NCBI GenBank assembly: GCA_963675915.1
Contig: OY780959.1
Span: 270,001 to 302,000 of the forward strand
Direction of reading: 5' to 3'
DNA from: Coprobacillaceae bacterium
GTDB lineage: Bacteria > Bacillota_I > Bacilli_A > Erysipelotrichales > Coprobacillaceae
DNA: 32,000 bases
Shown here: positions 24,990 to 32,000 of the stretch, one piece after another
How positions within the stretch are numbered: the stretch's first letter is position 1
Layout of the letters: each line of letters begins with the position of its first letter
The notes under the pieces: model-generated
The model's input: only the letters and a program-made list of their open reading frames with translations
The model's database searches: none
What the model was told of the DNA's origin: nothing
Program-made: the position numbers and the translations under genes

Positions 24990-25923
24990 AGATGTGTCTG
25001 TCGATGAAACCGAAAATAGTATCGTAGTATAATTCGGGATTGTAGAGATTGGCCTGGGCGTGCCCGGCATTTTTGATGATCAGCTTTTCTTTTTCGCATT
25101 TCGCCGCGTCATGGAGAGCATGGACCATTCTGGTTGGAACAAAATAATCCAGGGATCCGTGGATGAACAAGGTCGGAGTCACTGATTTTTTAACCATGTC
25201 GATTGCACCATAGCGGATATTGGACTTATCGTCGAGATCGCTGTAGATCTTGACCAGGTCCAAAACCGGATGGGGAGGCAGGTTGTATTTGGAAGATAGC
25301 TGATACTGGTAAATATCCCAAGGGCTTGTAAAAGCACAGTCGGAGATGCAGGTCACCACATTGTCAGGTAATTTTTCTCCGGTGGTATTAAGCACAGCCG
25401 AACCGCCCATTGAGACTCCCATCAGGACAATTTTGCCGTCTGGTTTGAAAGTGTTGATCAAATCAATCCATTCAAGCAGGTCATAATGGTCTTTCCAGCC
25501 CATTGCGATCTTGTCACCTTCGGATTTCCCATGAGCCCGCAGATCCGGGCACAGGATATTGTAGTTGTGGTCATAGAATTCTTTGGCAATCGGTCCTTTG
25601 GCAAAACCGTTTGAAGCATAGCCGTGGACAATGATCACTGTTTTTTTACTGGCCAGATCGAGCCAATAGCCATGAAGAGTGAGATTGTCCCGGGATTTGA
25701 CATAGACATCCTTGTAGGCGACTTTTTCAAAAAAATCCCGGTTGGGTGTGGTAACCGCCGCCTTTTGTTTGGGGGTGGTTGTTGTCAGGATTTTGCTTTT
25801 ATCACCGCTCTTGTAGATTGTTTTTTTATAGAAATGTCGGGCGATTGCGATTAAGGCAATGCTTTGAAAAAAGGCCAGGGCCAGCAGCAAGGCCGCCAGG
25901 TTGCGCTTGTTATAAGTATTCAT
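24988..25923 (-). CDS. Membrane-anchored alpha/beta-fold hydrolase
   Basis: N-terminal TM helix (LAALLLALAFFQSIALIAI), HG oxyanion motif (VHGYASNG), nucleophile elbow GVSMGG, C-terminal HGSLD and GHAQ. RBS AAGGAGG. Confidence 0.85.
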   Translation of the reverse strand: MNTYNKRNLAALLLALAFFQSIALIAIARHFYKKTIYKSGDKSKILTTTTPKQKAAVTTPNRDFFEKVAYKDVYVKSRDNLTLHGYWLDLASKKTVIIVHGYASNGFAKGPIAKEFYDHNYNILCPDLRAHGKSEGDKIAMGWKDHYDLLEWIDLINTFKPDGKIVLMGVSMGGSAVLNTTGEKLPDNVVTCISDCAFTSPWDIYQYQLSSKYNLPPHPVLDLVKIYSDLDDKSNIRYGAIDMVKKSVTPTLFIHGSLDYFVPTRMVHALHDAAKCEKEKLIIKNAGHAQANLYNPELYYDTIFGFIDRHI

Positions 25924-26023
25924 ATGATGTCCTCCTTGTTACATAATTATATCATATAACGAGTTTAGGTAAAAAAATATTTTTATCTTGGGCAATTTGG
26001 GTCTAATTTGGAGTTTTTGTTTA

Positions 26024-26038
26024 AAAATCGTCGATTTT
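26024..26038. promoter_or_regulatory. Perfect 15-bp palindrome AAAATCG-T-CGATTTT (copy 2 of the shared motif) in the spacer of the pulA promoter
   Basis: It ends 4 nt upstream of TATAAT 26043-26048. It shares the 15-mer AAATCGTCGATTTTA (26025-26039) with 14833-14847. Confidence 0.5.
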
Positions 26039-26042
26039 AAGG

Positions 26043-26048
26043 TATAAT
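26043..26048 (+). promoter_or_regulatory. Candidate -10 box (TATAAT) of pulA
   Basis: 35 nt upstream of ATG 26084. No TG extension and no good -35 at 17-nt spacing. Confidence 0.45.
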
Positions 26049-26083
26049 TTAGGTAAGAATAGAAATATTTTGGGGGAAATACT

Positions 26084-28186
26084 ATGGAAAATTCTGCAGT
26101 TAGAATGATTGCGCAATTGTTGGATCCAACCAAGATTGTTGTTAAACTTTCCAATAACTATTATGGCGGGCAGTCTGCCAGATTCTACATCCGCGATCTT
26201 TCTGTCAACACATTTAAACAAATTGAATATAGTGAACATACATATGATGACAGTTTCAACTATTACATTATTTCCGGACTCGATAAACTGGATCTGACCC
26301 ATGATTACCAGATTGTCGATGCCTATGGCTTGGCTGAGACGCTGACCTATGAAAACCTGATTTACATGGAGAATTTCGATTACGAATTTTACTATGCCGG
26401 TGAAGATTTGGGAGCCAACTACCAGAAGCATCAGACCACTTTCAAGGTCTGGGCGCCAACGGCACTTAAGGTCCTGGTTAAAATCGACCGCTCGGGGCTG
26501 TGCCAGTCATATGCGATGAAACGGGGGCGTAAAGGGGTGTTCAGTGTCACTGTCTCCGGTGATCTTGACAATGTGACTTACACATATCTGGTCAAACACC
26601 ATGAAGCCTATGTCGAATCAGTCGATCCATATGCGTTGTCAACGCGTTCGAATTCCACAGCATCAGTGGTAATCAATCCGGATAAGCTTTTAGAAAACCT
26701 CAACCGCGAATACCTTCCTGAAAAAATACTCAAGCAGGATGCAATCATCTATGAGTGCAGTGTTCGTGATTTCACCAAGAGTGAAACCATCAATGCCGAT
26801 AAACGCGGCCAGTTCCTCGGCTTTATCGAACGGGGACTGACCAATGAAAACGGCACACCGGCGGGTTTGGATTACGTCGTTGACCTAGGAATAACTCATA
26901 TCCAGTTGCTGCCGATTTTTGATTTTGCGACCGTAGAAGAAAATTTCCCGGATATCCTGTACAATTGGGGCTATGACCCGCTTCAGTATGGGATTCCAGA
27001 AGGAAGTTATTGCAGTGATCCGAATGATGGCTACAGTCGGATTGTCGAATGTCAGACAATGATCGCCGGGTTGCACAAGGCGGGATTGCGTGTGGTCATG
27101 GATGTTGTCTACAACCATGTCTATGACATCAATGCGTCTTCATTCGAGCGAATCGTGCCGGGTTATTTCATCAGAAAAGACCTCAACGGCTATCTTTCAA
27201 ACGGGTCTTGGTGCGGTAATGATTTCAACACCAATGCCACCATGTGCCGCAAATACATCATCGATATGTCCAAACGCTGGCAGCGTCTTTACGGGGTTGA
27301 CGGATACCGTTTCGATTTGATGGGAATCGTCGATGTCGATACTCTCAATGGCATTTATGAAGTCTGCAGTGATTACGATGAAAACTTCATCATGTACGGC
27401 GAGGGCTGGGACATGAATACCGCTTTGGCTCCTGAGCAAAAAGGATACCAGTTCAATCATGCCAAAATGCCTAACGTTTCCTTTTTCAATGATGATTTCC
27501 GCGATTGCATCAAAGGTGGGTCTTCGGAAGCGGAGTTGGGCAATAAAGGCTATATCGCCGGAAACATGTACAATACCGAAAATTCGATAAATTACTTGAT
27601 AAATACTAACCGATATACTACAATTAATCAGTCAATCAATTACATCGAATGCCATGATAATGCGACAACTTATGACAAGTTGCTCTTTAGCAATGGCAAC
27701 GAAGATGAAGCAACCAGAAAAAAACGTCAGTTGATGATGGCCGAATTTCTATTGGTTGCCCAAGGGGTTCCGTTCATCCATGCCGGACAGGAATTCTATC
27801 GTCACAAACACCGTTACAACAACAGTTACAATGCGAGTGATGAAATCAATGCGATGGATTGGAATCTGATCGATGAGTGTGAGGATGATCTTGAAACAAT
27901 CAAAAAGCTGATCAGACTCCGCCGGGAAAACAAGTGTTTCAAGTATAATTTAAGAGAGGAAATCGAAGCCAATATCGACGTGGATTGCGTGAAGTTCAAT
28001 ATGCTGATCTATACGTTGACTCAGGACGAAGGTGAATATGACAAATTTGTCATTTACATCAACCCTTCTGAAAGTTCCTTCAAAGTTGAAATTGACGATG
28101 ATGCCGATTTCATTGTTGGCGATGAATTTGAAGATGGAAAGATATTGCCACTTTCATTCACGGTTATAGGATATAAAAATAAGTGA
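26084..28186 (+). CDS. pulA: Type I pullulanase / glycogen-debranching enzyme (GH13), cytoplasmic
   Basis: YNWGYDP signature, then VMDVVYNH, GYRFDLMG, YGEGWD, YIECHDN. No signal peptide (MENSAVRMIAQLLDPTK...). Confidence 0.9.
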   Translation: MENSAVRMIAQLLDPTKIVVKLSNNYYGGQSARFYIRDLSVNTFKQIEYSEHTYDDSFNYYIISGLDKLDLTHDYQIVDAYGLAETLTYENLIYMENFDYEFYYAGEDLGANYQKHQTTFKVWAPTALKVLVKIDRSGLCQSYAMKRGRKGVFSVTVSGDLDNVTYTYLVKHHEAYVESVDPYALSTRSNSTASVVINPDKLLENLNREYLPEKILKQDAIIYECSVRDFTKSETINADKRGQFLGFIERGLTNENGTPAGLDYVVDLGITHIQLLPIFDFATVEENFPDILYNWGYDPLQYGIPEGSYCSDPNDGYSRIVECQTMIAGLHKAGLRVVMDVVYNHVYDINASSFERIVPGYFIRKDLNGYLSNGSWCGNDFNTNATMCRKYIIDMSKRWQRLYGVDGYRFDLMGIVDVDTLNGIYEVCSDYDENFIMYGEGWDMNTALAPEQKGYQFNHAKMPNVSFFNDDFRDCIKGGSSEAELGNKGYIAGNMYNTENSINYLINTNRYTTINQSINYIECHDNATTYDKLLFSNGNEDEATRKKRQLMMAEFLLVAQGVPFIHAGQEFYRHKHRYNNSYNASDEINAMDWNLIDECEDDLETIKKLIRLRRENKCFKYNLREEIEANIDVDCVKFNMLIYTLTQDEGEYDKFVIYINPSESSFKVEIDDDADFIVGDEFEDGKILPLSFTVIGYKNK

Positions 28187-28737
28187 AATTAATAGTAGGA
28201 TTGGGTAATCCGGGCAAAAAATATGATAAAACCCGTCATAACTGTGGGTTCATGGTAATCGACAGTCTGGCTGAGGAATTGAATATTCCGGTCAACCAGG
28301 TCAAGTTTCAGGGCCTGTATGGCAAAGGTCGTGTCGGTGGTGAAGATGTGATTTTATTGAAACCGCAGACTTACATGAATCTCTCGGGCGATTCGATTAT
28401 CCAGTTTGTCAACTATTTTAAAATCGATATCGAGGATGTCGTAATTGTTTACGACGACCTCGATTTGCCGGTAGGCAAAATCCGCCTGCGAATCAAAGGT
28501 TCAGCAGGGGGGCATAATGGAATCAAAAGCATTATTTCCCATTTCAAGACCCAGAATTTCAATCGGGTAAGAGTCGGAATCGACCGCGACAAGTTCATTC
28601 CCGTGGTTGATTACGTTTTGGGGAAATTCACCGCTGAGCAGCTGGTCATGCTAAAAGACGGCATCGACCAAGCCACCAAGGCGATTGAAACTTATATCAA
28701 GGATGATTTTACAAAAGCAATGAACCAGTTCAACTAG
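28183..28737 (+). CDS. pth: Peptidyl-tRNA hydrolase
   Basis: MKLIVGLGNPGKKYDKTRHNCGF and GSAGGHNGIKS. The GTG start overlaps the pulA stop (GTGA). Confidence 0.95.
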   Translation: MKLIVGLGNPGKKYDKTRHNCGFMVIDSLAEELNIPVNQVKFQGLYGKGRVGGEDVILLKPQTYMNLSGDSIIQFVNYFKIDIEDVVIVYDDLDLPVGKIRLRIKGSAGGHNGIKSIISHFKTQNFNRVRVGIDRDKFIPVVDYVLGKFTAEQLVMLKDGIDQATKAIETYIKDDFTKAMNQFN

Positions 28738-28746
28738 AGGTATCAA

Positions 28747-31700
28747 ATGAATAAATTATTGAACATTATTAAGGACAATAAGGCGGTCAATGCCTTATTG
28801 AATCAAACTGGTAATGTTGTTGCAAGTGATATTGAAGATGAGGCACTACTTATATCCAGTGCCTTTTTAAAGTCTAAACAAACAACATTAGTGGTAAAAT
28901 CGAATTTCTATGAAGCTAATTTACTGTATGAACTGATTAGCGGTTTTTTAGGTGATGACGTACTTTTCTTTGGAAGTGACGAATCATTCCGGGTTGAGGC
29001 TCTGGCAGCTTCTCCGGAACTTTTGCGCCAACGGTTGTTGACGCTTGACAGTCTGAGTGTTGACAATGCCAAAGTCGTGATCTGCCATGTCCACTCGCTG
29101 ATTCGCTATGTGCCAAGTCTGGAGACTTTCAAAAAAAGGACTCTGAATCTCGAAGTCGGGATGAATATCGAAATTGATGAGTTGCAGCAATTGCTTCTTG
29201 ATGCCGGTTATCGCCGGGCGACCAATGCCGACCAACCGATGTATTACGCCAGAAGAGGGGGAATCATTGACGTTTACTCGATCAACTACGAACATCCGGT
29301 GCGAATCGATTTCTTTGATGATGAAATCGATGAGATCCGTTTTTTCAACGAGGATAACAACCGTTCGATTGAAAAAGTCAATCAGGTCAAGATTATTCCT
29401 GCCAGCGATGTGCTCATCGGCGCAGGCTTTTTCCAGGCAGCTAATAAAAAACTCGATGAGCTGCGCCTCAAAACCCAAAAGTATGTGCTGGAGCAATTCC
29501 AGGATGATCTTGAGGAGATGATTGCGATTGACCGTGAAAATCTCAAGGAATCCAACCTGACCGATATGTACAAATACTACAATCTCGATGCTCAGGCGAC
29601 GGGGATTGTCGATTATCTGGGCGATTTCAGGACGGTTTTGATTGAACGCAAACAGGTCGAGGAAAGTTATCGGATTTTCCTCGAGGAAAACAATAATTAT
29701 TATCTTGAACTGGTCCAAGTCGGAAAGGCTCTTAGCGGGTTGGATTATTTTCTGGATTACAACACCCAGTTCGATCAATATGTCGGGATTGAAAAGATTG
29801 CCACCAGCAGCGGCGATGCCCTGTTCAACACCCGCCATCTGCCTGACAATCTCGATAATGAACAGAATCTCTTCACCACCATCAAAGAACAGCTCCATAA
29901 CAATGATGTTTTGATCTGTGTGGCGACGGCTCATCAGTCAAGTCTGATGGTGGAGTTTCTGGAAAAATATGATCTGAAATTCACTTTGATCGGAATCCAG
30001 GATGTCATCAATTCGGGAATCAACCTTTATGTAGGTAATATCCCCTATGGGATGGAACTGGTTGATGAATCTGTCTGCATTTTGACTGCCAAGGAAATAT
30101 TTGTCAAGGTGGTCAACAAGATCAAGCATTTCCGATACAAGGAAGCCAAAGTCATTTCCAATTATCAGGACCTCAATATCGGAGACTATGTGGTTCACGA
30201 TACCCATGGGATCGGTCAGTATCTGGGAATCAAAACTTTGGAAGTTCAAGGTTATCATAAGGATTATCTCCATGTCAGCTACGCCAATGACGACACGCTT
30301 TATATCCCGGTCGAACAGTTCAAACTGATTCGCAAGTATTCCTCGTCAACCGGCAAGGTTCCCAAACTTCACGGTCTGGGGGATTCGCGCTGGCAAAAGA
30401 CCAAACAGAAAATCAAGAACAAGGTCGATGATATCGCCGAAGGTCTGATTGAAATATATTCACAACGGCTCAAACAGGTGGGATTCCCATACCCTGAGGA
30501 TTCAGCCGAACAATTGCAGTTCGAATCCGAATTTGGCTACGAGCTAACCCGTGATCAACAGCGAAGCATTGATGAAGTCAAACAGGATATGCAAAATGCC
30601 TATCCGATGGACCGGCTTTTGTGCGGTGATGTCGGTTTTGGGAAAACCGAAGTTGCCTTCAGGGCGGCCTTCAAGGCGGCTGACAGTGGCAAACAGGTGG
30701 CCTATCTTTGTCCGACTACGATTCTTTCAATGCAGCATTACAATACCGCAATCAAACGTTTTGAAAATACCCCAGTCAATATCGCCTTGTTGAACCGCTT
30801 CACTTCCACCAAGGAAAAAAAGGCGATTTTGCAGGGGCTTAAAGAGGGCCAGATTGATTTTATCATCGGAACCCACCGGATTCTTTCCAAGGATGTTGAA
30901 TTCAAGGATCTCGGTCTGTTGATCGTCGATGAGGAACAGCGCTTTGGCGTGCGCCAGAAAGAGGCCATCAAGGAATATCGGAAAACCATCGATGTCCTGA
31001 CCCTTTCGGCAACCCCGATTCCCCGGACGCTGCAAATGTCGCTGATGGGAATCCGCGGTCTGTCGCAGATCAATACCCCGCCAAATCACCGCCTGCCGGT
31101 GCAGACATATGTAATTGAAAAAAACAACACCCTGATCAAACAGGTAATTGAACGGGAACTGGCTCGCCAGGGACAAGTGTTTTATCTGTTCAATGATGTG
31201 ACGCGGATTGAAAAAATCGCCTTCAATCTTCAGCAGATGATTCCCAAGGCCCGTATCGCCATCGGACACGGCCAGATGAACAAGTCCGAATTGGAAAAAG
31301 TGATGCTTGATTTTGTCAATCACAAGTACGACATTCTGGTCTGTACGACCATCATCGAAACCGGAATCGATATTCCAAATGCCAATACGATGATTGTCGA
31401 AGATGCTGATCATTTCGGTCTTTCACAGCTTTATCAAATCAAGGGTCGGGTTGGCCGCAGCCGCCGGACCAGTTATGCATATTTGCTTTACAAGAAAAAC
31501 AAGGCCCTTAACGAGGAAGCCCAAAAACGGCTCAAGGCCATCCGGGAATTCACCGAGTTGGGTTCTGGCTACAAGATTGCCATGCGCGACCTGTCAATCC
31601 GCGGTTCCGGGGATATCCTGGGCGGATCGCAGTCGGGTTACATTGATACGGTCGGGTTTGACATGTATATGCAGATTCTCCAGGAGGCAATCCAATCCAA

Positions 31701-32000
31701 GAAGGATGGCATGATCAAGGAGAAACCAAAAGATATCCAGCCGACATCATTGAAGGTGGATGGTTATATTCCCGAAGACTATATCAGCAGTGATATTGAA
31801 AAACTCGAGCTTTATCAAAAAATTGAAAAAGCAAGAACCATCAAGGGAATCGATCATCTTAAAACCGAATTCCTCGATTATTACGGGCACTTGCCTGAAC
31901 AGGTCGAAAACCTGATTGAAAAACGGAAAATTGACATTCTCGCAAACAGCGAGGAGCTTGAAGATATCAAGACCATCGATGACCGGATCCAGATGATTTT
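28747..32000 (+). CDS. mfd: Transcription-repair coupling factor Mfd (3' end beyond the window)
   Basis: Not in the ORF track because there is no stop in the window. My own translation from ATG 28747 (RBS AGAGG 28736-28740) gives MNKLLNIIKDNKAVN...RRGGIIDVYS...GDYVVHDTHGIGQYLG (RNAP-interaction domain)...GDVGFGKTEV (motif I), DEEQRFG (II), LSATPIPRT (III), QLYQIKGRVGRS (VI). pth-mfd synteny is typical of Bacillota. Confidence 0.95.
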   Translation, partial: MNKLLNIIKDNKAVNALLNQTGNVVASDIEDEALLISSAFLKSKQTTLVVKSNFYEANLLYELISGFLGDDVLFFGSDESFRVEALAASPELLRQRLLTLDSLSVDNAKVVICHVHSLIRYVPSLETFKKRTLNLEVGMNIEIDELQQLLLDAGYRRATNADQPMYYARRGGIIDVYSINYEHPVRIDFFDDEIDEIRFFNEDNNRSIEKVNQVKIIPASDVLIGAGFFQAANKKLDELRLKTQKYVLEQFQDDLEEMIAIDRENLKESNLTDMYKYYNLDAQATGIVDYLGDFRTVLIERKQVEESYRIFLEENNNYYLELVQVGKALSGLDYFLDYNTQFDQYVGIEKIATSSGDALFNTRHLPDNLDNEQNLFTTIKEQLHNNDVLICVATAHQSSLMVEFLEKYDLKFTLIGIQDVINSGINLYVGNIPYGMELVDESVCILTAKEIFVKVVNKIKHFRYKEAKVISNYQDLNIGDYVVHDTHGIGQYLGIKTLEVQGYHKDYLHVSYANDDTLYIPVEQFKLIRKYSSSTGKVPKLHGLGDSRWQKTKQKIKNKVDDIAEGLIEIYSQRLKQVGFPYPEDSAEQLQFESEFGYELTRDQQRSIDEVKQDMQNAYPMDRLLCGDVGFGKTEVAFRAAFKAADSGKQVAYLCPTTILSMQHYNTAIKRFENTPVNIALLNRFTSTKEKKAILQGLKEGQIDFIIGTHRILSKDVEFKDLGLLIVDEEQRFGVRQKEAIKEYRKTIDVLTLSATPIPRTLQMSLMGIRGLSQINTPPNHRLPVQTYVIEKNNTLIKQVIERELARQGQVFYLFNDVTRIEKIAFNLQQMIPKARIAIGHGQMNKSELEKVMLDFVNHKYDILVCTTIIETGIDIPNANTMIVEDADHFGLSQLYQIKGRVGRSRRTSYAYLLYKKNKALNEEAQKRLKAIREFTELGSGYKIAMRDLSIRGSGDILGGSQSGYIDTVGFDMYMQILQEAIQSKKDGMIKEKPKDIQPTSLKVDGYIPEDYISSDIEKLELYQKIEKARTIKGIDHLKTEFLDYYGHLPEQVENLIEKRKIDILANSEELEDIKTIDDRIQMI

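Overview
Chromosomal core region of a low-GC Gram-positive bacterium: Bacillota-type gene order, standard genetic code, Shine-Dalgarno-led genes, mostly extended -10 promoters. Left to right: (1) a tightly packed, translationally coupled replication/repair block (dnaE 3' end, polA, mutM, a Gfo/Idh/MocA oxidoreductase, coaE, a DnaB/DnaD-like initiator, a DnaI-like loader); (2) the pfkA-pyk glycolytic operon; (3) a two-gene ISL3-family insertion sequence on the minus strand that appears to have landed between pyk and its terminator; (4) typA/bipA; (5) a ~500-bp very AT-rich spacer with helically phased A-tracts and short repeats; (6) a small orphan gene, then a WG-repeat lipoprotein paired with a membrane-anchored methyltransferase-like protein; (7) ptsH and ybaK; (8) an alpha-glucan block (pgcA, glgB, glgP, a divergent alpha/beta hydrolase, a cytoplasmic type I pullulanase); (9) pth-mfd. 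mfd (28747 to the window end) and the true extent of dnaE (from base 1) are missing from the supplied ORF track because they run off the window. The long minus-strand ORFs over mfd are antisense shadows. I saw no rRNA, tRNA or CRISPR array. I did not find a convincing new multi-gene defence or secretion system. The most unusual signals are the phased A-tract array that doubles as an open frame for a highly cationic amphipathic peptide (14.5-14.7 kb), a 15-nt palindromic motif shared by two unrelated promoter regions (14.8 kb and 26.0 kb), a DnaI-like protein with no Walker A loop, and the IS insertion architecture.
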